64,000 bases of DNA from an uncultured Candidatus Actinomarina sp. GTDB taxonomy: Bacteria > Actinomycetota > Acidimicrobiia > Actinomarinales > Actinomarinaceae. Location of the stretch: positions 41,775-105,774 of the forward strand of contig CACHJT010000001.1 of assembly GCA_902580215.1 (NCBI GenBank), in the 5' to 3' direction. The translations under genes and the position numbers were made by a program. Below the pieces are notes generated by a model, which made no database searches, was not told the DNA's origin, and saw nothing but the letters and a program-made list of their open reading frames with translations. Within the stretch, counting starts at the first letter, position 1, and each line of letters begins with the position of its first letter. Of the stretch, positions 31,373 to 39,175 are shown piece after piece.

Positions 31373-31816
31373 ATGACAAATAATGAGAGACTTGTTTTAA
31401 GAGTGCTGCTGTTTATTATTTTTTTTAATTTATGTTACCGCTTTTTAACTAGTTTCTTGTTTGATAAAGCGCTTTACCATACAGTGGAGCTTCAACTTGC
31501 AAATCTTATATTTTCAAGTTTTTTTATACATGCAATATTTGCATTAACTGCATATCTTTTAGCTAGGGCTCATAAACCTTATGCTTTTAGATCTCTGTTT
31601 GCAATGCTGTCTGGTATTTTGCCATTATTTAATATTATTTACTGGGTGGGACGAATAGACTTTCCACCATTTATTAGTAATTCAACAAGCTCAAATGGAT
31701 TGATATTTTTATCAACTTGCTTTTATTTAATTTGGAGAAATAAATCAAAATTTCAAAAAGTCATAGCAAGTTACGTAAAAACATTAATCGATCCTTTGGA
31801 CTCACTTTGGTATTAA
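31373..31816 (+). CDS. hypothetical membrane protein (~4 TM)
   Basis: Four hydrophobic stretches; start placed at leaderless ATG 31373. Confidence 0.7.
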   Translation: MTNNERLVLRVLLFIIFFNLCYRFLTSFLFDKALYHTVELQLANLIFSSFFIHAIFALTAYLLARAHKPYAFRSLFAMLSGILPLFNIIYWVGRIDFPPFISNSTSSNGLIFLSTCFYLIWRNKSKFQKVIASYVKTLIDPLDSLWY

Positions 31817-31829
31817 GGGAAAGGAAAAA

Positions 31830-32090
31830 ATGCAAATTAATTTAAACAAAAACGAGTTGAGTATTATTAAAAAATCATTATCCGATTTAATCGAAAAACA
31901 AGTTGGTATTTCTCAGTCTCAAGAGGCTTACATAAGAAATATTGAAAATGGTATGTCTAAAGTAGCCGCCGATCAGCAATTTAAACTAGATAATAAAAAA
32001 GAATGGGAGTACTTTGTATACGAAGAAAAAAATCCTTTTTATTGCCTCTTTGACAAAATCTTCACTAGTCCTGCTTCATTTAGAGGTTAA
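31830..32090 (+). CDS. hypothetical protein
   Basis: 86-aa ORF with AAGGGAAAGGA RBS; no family recognised. Confidence 0.7.
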   Translation: MQINLNKNELSIIKKSLSDLIEKQVGISQSQEAYIRNIENGMSKVAADQQFKLDNKKEWEYFVYEEKNPFYCLFDKIFTSPASFRG

Positions 32091-32092
32091 GT

Positions 32093-32584
32093 GTGGAGAT
32101 AGTATTTAGAAAAACATACACAATCACAGTCCCCTCTTGGAAAGATTTTAATGTAGAAATACAATATCTCCTCCATATAACATCTGATTATGAAGGAAAA
32201 GATTTACTTGTTATTAATAAAGATGGATATGAGAAAAAGGGGTTTGCGATAATCGATATTAATTTAGAAAGTGCTAAATTAATTGATCAAATTAATAAAT
32301 TAGAATACGAATATCTTCAAGAACCTCTCGAGATTACTTTGGAGGAAAGGCTGCTCTCAAAAACTTTTCTCTTTAAATTAAAAGAATTATTTATTGAATT
32401 TAAAGGAAGAAGTAAGGTTTTACTCAATGTTCAAAAAAACGGTAAGAATTATAAACAGTTAGAGCTTAAAACCCAGTTTGTAGACGCTAGTAATGAAGAG
32501 CTGTTAAAAAAGGTCATGGATGCAATTGAATATGCAAGTATCGTTGATGATGTTACTACGTATGATGACGAAGCTCCTTTTTAA
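32093..32584 (+). CDS. hypothetical protein, DnaE C-terminal-like domain and SSB-like acidic tail
   Basis: LKELFIEFKGRSKVLLNV...FVDASNEELL resembles the Pol III alpha C-terminal domain; ends YDDEAPF. Confidence 0.6.
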   Translation: MEIVFRKTYTITVPSWKDFNVEIQYLLHITSDYEGKDLLVINKDGYEKKGFAIIDINLESAKLIDQINKLEYEYLQEPLEITLEERLLSKTFLFKLKELFIEFKGRSKVLLNVQKNGKNYKQLELKTQFVDASNEELLKKVMDAIEYASIVDDVTTYDDEAPF

Positions 32585-32593
32585 GTTATTTGT

Positions 32594-32622
32594 TTGAAAT
32601 CTTAAATTTTCATTCATATAGT
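32594..32622 (+). promoter_or_regulatory. housekeeping-sigma promoter of endonuclease (leaderless)
   Basis: TTGAAA-N17-TATAGT, ATG 7 nt downstream. Confidence 0.6.
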
Positions 32623-32629
32623 TTTCTAT

Positions 32630-33628
32630 ATGGATGTAAATCAAATCATCGAGCTAGAAAAGAAATATCAAGAAAAACTTAACAGCCTAATAACTAGTGA
32701 GTTATTCCTTAATGATTTAAAAAAAATAGAAAGTGAAATAAAACAAAATTACAATTTAATTAAAAATACTTTTGAGCCTAAAGAAAAGTTTACTGCAGCA
32801 TTGGAAAGAATCCTTTGTATAAGAATTCCCGAAATACTGAATTTTAAAGAAGCATTTCCACTACCGATTTCTTCAGATGTTGCATTAATGAACGATGAAG
32901 TCATTCTTTGGGTTGATGCAAAATCATATGACAGACACGGAAATGCGGGTGATGAAGAAAATATTGTAATAGGTATTAATCAATTGACTTCTGTCTTATC
33001 ACACAAAAAAATGAAAATAAGTTCTATAAGTGGAGACGATTTTATATTTCCAGGATTTAATATCTACCCACCAATTCTTAAAGGTTTCCCAACAGCAATT
33101 TACCAAGAAAAACCTATTTTATCTTTTGTCATTGGACTTTGGTGTTACGACGATGGAACCGATGTAGACTTGAAAAAAATTGAAGTAGATTGCATACCCC
33201 ATTTCTTAGTTTATAAATATACTTATGTAAACGATATCCTCACAAATACAAAAAATTATAAATATTACCCTGATTCGTCTGCAAATGATGATGAAATTTT
33301 AAAACCATATGATTTGTTTGGCTTTCCTGATCGATTGAAAATAGTCGATTACAAAAACGGCATTGAACTAAATGAACTTCCAGAGGGTATAAGTCCTAAT
33401 GATGTAGGAAAGCTTAGACAAATAGCTTTAGTTGATTTAGAAAACTACAACCAAACATTAAAAGATTATGAGGATTTATATTTAATAAGAAAATTTGAAG
33501 GTGGTAAATGGAAAGTAACAGATACTCCTAATGGATTTAGAATAAACGCTACAAAACTCATTATGGATCAAAACGTTGAGGAAAAATTATTTAAAAATGA
33601 TTGGAGAATAAATAAATTAGAATTATAA
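32630..33628 (+). CDS. putative type II restriction endonuclease (PD-(D/E)XK, BglI/SfiI-like)
   Basis: PISSDVALMNDEVILWVDAKS catalytic-like motif; convergent on a C5 methyltransferase with overlapping stops. Confidence 0.65.
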   Translation: MDVNQIIELEKKYQEKLNSLITSELFLNDLKKIESEIKQNYNLIKNTFEPKEKFTAALERILCIRIPEILNFKEAFPLPISSDVALMNDEVILWVDAKSYDRHGNAGDEENIVIGINQLTSVLSHKKMKISSISGDDFIFPGFNIYPPILKGFPTAIYQEKPILSFVIGLWCYDDGTDVDLKKIEVDCIPHFLVYKYTYVNDILTNTKNYKYYPDSSANDDEILKPYDLFGFPDRLKIVDYKNGIELNELPEGISPNDVGKLRQIALVDLENYNQTLKDYEDLYLIRKFEGGKWKVTDTPNGFRINATKLIMDQNVEEKLFKNDWRINKLEL

Positions 33629-34837
33629 ATTCTTTTTAATTTCTCTAGCAACTAATTTTGCCAAAAATACTGGTACAGCATTACCAATTTGTTTATACAT
33701 GCTTCCCAATGCTCCCTCGAATATAAAATTATCAGGAAATGTTTGTAGTATTGCAGCTTCTCTGACAGATATTCTTCTTTTTTTATTTGGATGAATCTCC
33801 GTACCAGTTGCTGTAATGGTGTCACTTGGAGTATCCCAGTTAGCAATACGAAGAGATTGTTCAAAGGTTATTGTTTTCTCTTCTAAGGTTGTCACAGCTT
33901 TATCATATTTATCATCAAACTTTAAAAGTTTTTTGAGCTCCCACCAGTCTTCGGGGTTAGGAATAGATCCAGAATTATTATCTTTTCTAAACCAATGCCC
34001 TGCGGTATGTCTGTATCCAAAATACTCGTCTATTTTTTGTGTTGACCACTCAGATTTATTTCTGGCTTCTTTTAAGTAATCACAGATATCGTGTTGGTTG
34101 ACCTTGTACTTTCTCCCCCAAAAAGTATCAGCTACGTTGGTTCTAGCTATATGGTTATATATGTACCCTTTCCCGTTCTTTTGTGGATCGTAACTGATTC
34201 TTCTATTTGCTAGGTGGGATAGAACCTCTTTTGCCGTTACATATGGCTTTAAATTTGGATTATCTAAAGTCATCTGCTGATTTTTCTTTAAATTGGGGTT
34301 GTAATGTGTAATTTCTGGATAGGGGTTTTCTTTTCCAATTCTATTTCCAATTATAAAAACTCTTTGCCTATTTTGAGGAACGCCGAAGTCAGAGGCAGTT
34401 AAAAGTTGATAATCTACGTCATATCCGATTTTTTTAAAGTCATTAACAATTAATTCAATAACTTTTCCTTTTTCAAGTGACAAAATCCCTTTTACATTTT
34501 CAGCAACAAAGTACTTTGGTTGTTTATCTTTAATAATGCGAAGCATTTCTTTATAGAGATGATTTCTCTCATCTTCCATACTTCTTTTTTTATTATTAAT
34601 AGAGAATCCTTGGCAAGGAAACCCTCCAATAACTACATCTGGATTGTTAGGAATATCTTCAGACTTTACATCTTTAATATCACCCAAAACAATATGATTA
34701 CCTAAATTTTTTCTGTAAGTAATAACACAATCTTTATCAAAATCATTTGCCCATACAATATCAAAGCCTGCCTGTTTGAAACCAAGGTCCATACCCCCGG
34801 CTCCTGCAAATAAAGAAACTACTGTTGGTTTTTTCAT
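33623..34837 (-). CDS. DNA (cytosine-5)-methyltransferase with HTH-like insertion
   Basis: Motifs I FAGAGG, IV GGFPCQGFS, VI ENV, VIII QNRQR, IX VREAAILQTFP, X YKQIGNAVP; start placed at ATG 34837. Confidence 0.95.
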   Translation of the reverse strand: MKKPTVVSLFAGAGGMDLGFKQAGFDIVWANDFDKDCVITYRKNLGNHIVLGDIKDVKSEDIPNNPDVVIGGFPCQGFSINNKKRSMEDERNHLYKEMLRIIKDKQPKYFVAENVKGILSLEKGKVIELIVNDFKKIGYDVDYQLLTASDFGVPQNRQRVFIIGNRIGKENPYPEITHYNPNLKKNQQMTLDNPNLKPYVTAKEVLSHLANRRISYDPQKNGKGYIYNHIARTNVADTFWGRKYKVNQHDICDYLKEARNKSEWSTQKIDEYFGYRHTAGHWFRKDNNSGSIPNPEDWWELKKLLKFDDKYDKAVTTLEEKTITFEQSLRIANWDTPSDTITATGTEIHPNKKRRISVREAAILQTFPDNFIFEGALGSMYKQIGNAVPVFLAKLVAREIKKNL

Positions 34838-34844
34838 AAAGTAT

Positions 34845-34867
34845 ATAATACATTTCAAATATGACAA
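34845..34867 (-). promoter_or_regulatory. PafBC/RecA-NDp-like promoter (methyltransferase)
   Basis: TTGTCAT-ATTTGAAATG-TATTAT, ATG 7 nt downstream. Confidence 0.7.
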
Positions 34868-34892
34868 TCTCTTCAAACTAGATTCAATTTTT

Positions 34893-34915
34893 TTGTCATA
34901 CCCTATTTTTATACT
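34893..34915 (+). promoter_or_regulatory. PafBC/RecA-NDp-like promoter (candidate sRNA)
   Basis: TTGTCAT-ACCCTATTTT-TATACT. Confidence 0.65.
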
Positions 34916-34920
34916 TTAAA

Positions 34921-35002
34921 GTACATGATTACTAATCAATAGGGTGATAGTGTCTGTGCTCCTTTCGGGATAAAACCTCAGTTATCTGAGGTTTTATCTT
35001 TT
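34921..35002 (+). ncRNA. candidate ~80-nt small RNA
   Basis: Promoter directly upstream, terminator at the 3' end, only a 5-codon ORF inside. Confidence 0.45.
34969..35002 (+). terminator. intrinsic terminator
   Basis: Perfect 13-bp stem GATAAAACCTCAG-TTAT-CTGAGGTTTTATC followed by TTTT. Confidence 0.8.
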
Positions 35003-35106
35003 ATACGGTGATTTTTGCATATCGCCGGCTGCAAAAAGGCTTTAATGACTGCCAAAACTACCAAAAGTAAATTAGGCCGTCTGAAATCAACCTGTAGAAT
35101 GTATGT

Positions 35107-36948
35107 ATGGATAAAAGAATATCTAAATCATTTAGAGTCATTTTTTCTAATTTGTATCCAAATTTCAATGAGGAAGAAACAAAAAACTCTGAGAAATACT
35201 TTAATTTTATCCTTGTAAATTTTCCTGATAGATCAGAAATCGTACTGCTAAAAATAGTCTTTTTTATCTTTTCTTTTGGAATAAGAAAAGTGTTTATAAA
35301 AGACAAAAATATTCCTAAATTTGTTAAAAATCTACAAAGCTCCAATTTGTCATTACTAAGAAAACTTGGTTCAGGTATGACTGCATTATTTGGATTAAGC
35401 ACTGCAAGATCACTCGACGGTGAGGGCTCTGTATACAAACATCTTGACTACCCCATTTATAAAAATACAAAAATTGAAAAGAAAGATGTCTCAATTCCAA
35501 AAAGTATCGAAGTTGCAGTAATTGGTAGTGGATCTGGTGGAGGTGTTGCTGCAAATATACTTAATGAAAAATATGAAGTAGGAATATTTGAAAAAGGTAG
35601 TTACGGAAATGGTAAGAAAAATAATGAAACATTTGGATATCACAACTTTTACGACACTAATGGAATACAGCAAACCAGAGGATACAAAGTTTTACTTTTA
35701 GCTGGTAAAGGAATTGGCGGAGGTACAAGTATTAACTGGACAACTTCTTTAAGAACCCCAGATAAGATATTAAGTGAATGGGATACGCTTACTGGTCAAG
35801 ATAACTATTTCAATTCCAACGAATTCAAAAGCAGCATGGATTATGTTTGTAGTGAATTAAATGTAGATATAGCAAATAATAAAATACCCCAAAAAGAAGT
35901 TAAATTAGCTGAAGGACTTGAACTCAATAATCTAAATTATAAAATCATTCCAAGAAATACGAGTAATGCAGATTGTACAGAATCTGGGTTCAGTACCTTT
36001 GGACGATATGATGAAAGTATCAACTCCTCCAACAAAGTTTGGTTTTCAAACGATAAATTTGATCCTGATAATATTTTTAGTGATACAAACATTAAAAGCC
36101 TTGATATATCGAATGGAAAAGCAACTCACATTAATGTTGAAAATAATGATATATTATATAAAGTTGCTGTTGATAAGGTCATTCTTGCTGCTGGTTCCCT
36201 AAATACCCCTAAAATATTGCTTGATAGTGGATATAGAAATAAACATCTTGGTCGTAATTTAAAACTACATCCTGTTTCTGGTGTCGCGGGTAAGTTCTCA
36301 GAAGAACAAAAGCCATGGGCAGGAACAATGCAGGGAATTTATTCAGATGATCATTTGTTTATGAAAGACAATTATGGATACCTTTTAGAAGGACTGCCAA
36401 TGCACCCAAGTCTTTTTTTCCCGTTTTTTCCGAATAACACAGACAAGTTTGATGATTTTGTTGAAAGTTATAATCATTGGTCCGGAGGAATAGTTCTAAC
36501 ATCAGATACAAGCTCTGGGTCGATCATCAATAAAAACCCTCAACATTTATGGGATTATAATTTAAACGATTTTGATCATAACAATTTGATGCATGGAATT
36601 GAAAACCTTGTACGAGCAAATTATTTGGCTGGCGCAGAAGAAATTATGGTTGCCGCCTCTCCTACAATGCATTGGAAAAAATCATCAAGTAAAGATATTG
36701 AGGATTTCATAAATGATATCAAAGCAATAAAAAATCAGCCATTTAGAATGTTGCTAGGTTCGGCACATCAGATGGGTACAGCAAGAATCAACCCAAACCC
36801 AGAAGACGGAGTTGTAGATTTAAATGGAAAAGTACATGGCTTAGAAAATGTTTATGTAGTTGATGCTTCAACTTTTCCGAGATGCTCAGGTGTGAATCCT
36901 ATGATCAGTATTCAATCTATGAGCCACTTCTTAATGTCAAAAATTTAA
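35107..36948 (+). CDS. GMC oxidoreductase, long-chain alcohol oxidase-like
   Basis: VIGSGSGG FAD motif, GGGTSINW, GRNLKLHP, SAHQMGTAR, GVNP. Confidence 0.88.
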   Translation: MDKRISKSFRVIFSNLYPNFNEEETKNSEKYFNFILVNFPDRSEIVLLKIVFFIFSFGIRKVFIKDKNIPKFVKNLQSSNLSLLRKLGSGMTALFGLSTARSLDGEGSVYKHLDYPIYKNTKIEKKDVSIPKSIEVAVIGSGSGGGVAANILNEKYEVGIFEKGSYGNGKKNNETFGYHNFYDTNGIQQTRGYKVLLLAGKGIGGGTSINWTTSLRTPDKILSEWDTLTGQDNYFNSNEFKSSMDYVCSELNVDIANNKIPQKEVKLAEGLELNNLNYKIIPRNTSNADCTESGFSTFGRYDESINSSNKVWFSNDKFDPDNIFSDTNIKSLDISNGKATHINVENNDILYKVAVDKVILAAGSLNTPKILLDSGYRNKHLGRNLKLHPVSGVAGKFSEEQKPWAGTMQGIYSDDHLFMKDNYGYLLEGLPMHPSLFFPFFPNNTDKFDDFVESYNHWSGGIVLTSDTSSGSIINKNPQHLWDYNLNDFDHNNLMHGIENLVRANYLAGAEEIMVAASPTMHWKKSSSKDIEDFINDIKAIKNQPFRMLLGSAHQMGTARINPNPEDGVVDLNGKVHGLENVYVVDASTFPRCSGVNPMISIQSMSHFLMSKI

Positions 36949-36950
36949 TT

Positions 36951-37451
36951 TTAAGGATAGTTTTTATCTGGAGCAAAGAACTCTGCAGCATCTAATCCTA
37001 AATCTATGAACATGCCGTGAGCCTCAACATGTATTTCTTCGCCTAATTGAATAACAGCTTCCGTATAAACTTTTTTATTATCAACTTCTTTAACCCAAGC
37101 ATATAATTCAAATTCTTTTTCTACTGGTGTTGGCTTAAGAAAATTAACAGATAAATTTGCAGTTACAGAAAATATGTTGTGAATAACTGTTGAGTAACCC
37201 ATCATGTCATCCAAGGCAGCTGATAATATACCACCATGAACAAGGCCAGGCCCACCTTCAAATCTCTTTGCAAATGAATATTTTGCGTAAACTTTACGAT
37301 TTTTAATTTCTGGTTTCATTTGCATACTGTCTGTGTTGTTACCGCTGACAAAAGAAGAATCAGGATATATATCTTGAAGCAGCGTTCCATCAGTCCAGCC
37401 TGAAGATGGATCAATTTCTAGAACTTGACCAGTTATGTACTTATAAATCAT
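36951..37451 (-). CDS. PaaI-family (hotdog) thioesterase
   Basis: EGGPGLVHGGILSAALDD, TANLSVNFLKPTP. Confidence 0.88.
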   Translation of the reverse strand: MIYKYITGQVLEIDPSSGWTDGTLLQDIYPDSSFVSGNNTDSMQMKPEIKNRKVYAKYSFAKRFEGGPGLVHGGILSAALDDMMGYSTVIHNIFSVTANLSVNFLKPTPVEKEFELYAWVKEVDNKKVYTEAVIQLGEEIHVEAHGMFIDLGLDAAEFFAPDKNYP

Positions 37452-38070
37452 GTTTATTTATATTAGATATGTCTTTTCTTAATGCCTCATTGATAAAAGC
37501 ATTTGTTATATCAGATCTAGTTCTTTCAATAATTGACCTTGCATTATCTGCATACCTTCTAAGTCCTCCTGTAAGAGCATCTGGGTAATCTAACTCATTT
37601 AATATCCCCATACCCTCTTCCATAATTTCTAAGTAAGTTTCAGCTTTTTTGATGTCAAGATTTCTTAAATGATCAAGTGCTTTTCTTCTCCACTCACCAA
37701 TCGTATCTCCTATTCCTTGTATGTAACTAGAAGGATGTAGGTTGAATTCGGAAAATGGTTCAATTGTTCCTTTTACTTCAAAATTGTAGAACATAACAGC
37801 TTCTACAAATTCTCTTTCGGCATCTAAAACATAGCCGGCGTAACTAATTTCTGAAATTTCACTACAAATGCTTTTTAAATCATTTAATTTTTCTTGGGCT
37901 CTTTTTATATGTTTTTCAGCATCAGATATATCATTTCTATGAACATTTCTAATACTTTTTGAGCATTCACGAACTATCTCTCTAGATATTGTTAAAGACT
38001 GTTCTCGAACATCATTTAATTTATCGAAAGCTGTTGATAAATTTTCTAAATTAGCTTCAGATTCGGACAA
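37441..38070 (-). CDS. translin/TRAX-family protein
   Basis: RE..L..SR.IVR, EFVEA, YIQGIGDTIGEWRR, LRRYAD..R..IE: archaeal-type translin pattern. Confidence 0.88.
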   Translation of the reverse strand: MSESEANLENLSTAFDKLNDVREQSLTISREIVRECSKSIRNVHRNDISDAEKHIKRAQEKLNDLKSICSEISEISYAGYVLDAEREFVEAVMFYNFEVKGTIEPFSEFNLHPSSYIQGIGDTIGEWRRKALDHLRNLDIKKAETYLEIMEEGMGILNELDYPDALTGGLRRYADNARSIIERTRSDITNAFINEALRKDISNINKHDL

Positions 38071-38433
38071 TTATACTGCTTGTTTTAAATATTCGACATT
38101 ATCAACATCTGCTGATGAATCATCGACATATGTGAAAGTGTCTCTTTGAAGAGAAGATGATCGTACTTGAAATGCAGTGTATGCATAAATACCAAAAACC
38201 ATATCAATAATTAAGTGGAAAACAAAAATTGGAACTGAGAGAGTTTGAAGAGCTATAAAAAAACTTGCCATAGCAATTAATCCCAAAGTGATAAACCCTC
38301 TTCTTTGTTTTTCAACCATAAATTGATACTCATTAGAAATATATTTATTAACTTTTGAATATTGAAGTTCGGGGAAAACTACCGCTATTGAAAGCGATAC
38401 CATTAAAGCTATTAAAACTAGTGTAGAACTCAT
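38071..38433 (-). CDS. hypothetical membrane protein
   Basis: 120 aa, three hydrophobic segments; directly upstream of the translin gene. Confidence 0.7.
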   Translation of the reverse strand: MSSTLVLIALMVSLSIAVVFPELQYSKVNKYISNEYQFMVEKQRRGFITLGLIAMASFFIALQTLSVPIFVFHLIIDMVFGIYAYTAFQVRSSSLQRDTFTYVDDSSADVDNVEYLKQAV

Positions 38434-38489
38434 GCCCTGCCCTTACTGTTGTTGTTTTAATAATAACTAATTTTAAAAAAATTTTCTCT

Positions 38490-39098
38490 TTAAAATTTAT
38501 TTTCTTTTCCTTGTCTTAGTCTTTTAATATTTTCGGAATGTTTTATCAAAATTAAAACAAATAGAATAACAAGAACTATCACATTAGATATTTCATTATT
38601 TATATAAATTAATAATGACACAGTTACCAAAACTGTTGCTAAACTAGCAATCGCTGACACACGAGTTGTTTTAAATACAACAAAATAGAAAAAAGCAAGT
38701 ACAGGTATGTTAAGTATTTGAAATATCTCTATATTGAATAAGTCAGAATTATAAGGATTCATAAGCACTGTTGCAACGTAAACACCGAGGTAAGTAGCAA
38801 CCCCTTTTCCCCCTTTAAACTTATAAAATACTGGATAAATATGGCCTAAAACAGCAGCCAATCCGTAAACTAAAAAATATTGATCTTGATAGAAAAATAT
38901 GATTGGAATAGCTCCTTTAAATAAATCTCCAAGCAATACAATTGCAGCAGAGCCTTTTCCTAATGTCCTTAATACGTTTGATGTTCCTGGATTACCACTT
39001 CCCTCAGAAGAAATATCTATGCCCTTAATTCGAGCTGTAATATAGGCAAAATTTATCGAACCAAGAAAATAACTTACTATTACTACTAAAAAATTCAT
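38490..39098 (-). CDS. plsY: glycerol-3-phosphate acyltransferase PlsY
   Basis: SYFLGSI, GSGNPGTSNVLR, GH.YPVF.KFKGGKGVAT, H.ENIKRL. Confidence 0.95.
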   Translation of the reverse strand: MNFLVVIVSYFLGSINFAYITARIKGIDISSEGSGNPGTSNVLRTLGKGSAAIVLLGDLFKGAIPIIFFYQDQYFLVYGLAAVLGHIYPVFYKFKGGKGVATYLGVYVATVLMNPYNSDLFNIEIFQILNIPVLAFFYFVVFKTTRVSAIASLATVLVTVSLLIYINNEISNVIVLVILFVLILIKHSENIKRLRQGKENKF

Positions 39099-39175
39099 TT
39101 ATTTGAGTCTAATTCATTAAAAATAAATAAGATATAGCTCGTTTATACAATTTACAAATTTAATCTTATAAATGT

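Noticed and set aside
31342..34902. 12-bp direct repeat TTTTGTCATACC (31342-31353, 34891-34902) as att sites or target duplication
   Set aside because: Both copies are the upstream element of the shared promoter pattern, which also occurs twice in inverted orientation; no recombinase nearby.
35015..35218. 67-aa ORF or tmRNA-like tag upstream of the GMC gene
   Set aside because: Overlaps the GMC start out of frame, weak start codon, and no tRNA-like ends or ALAA-type tag.
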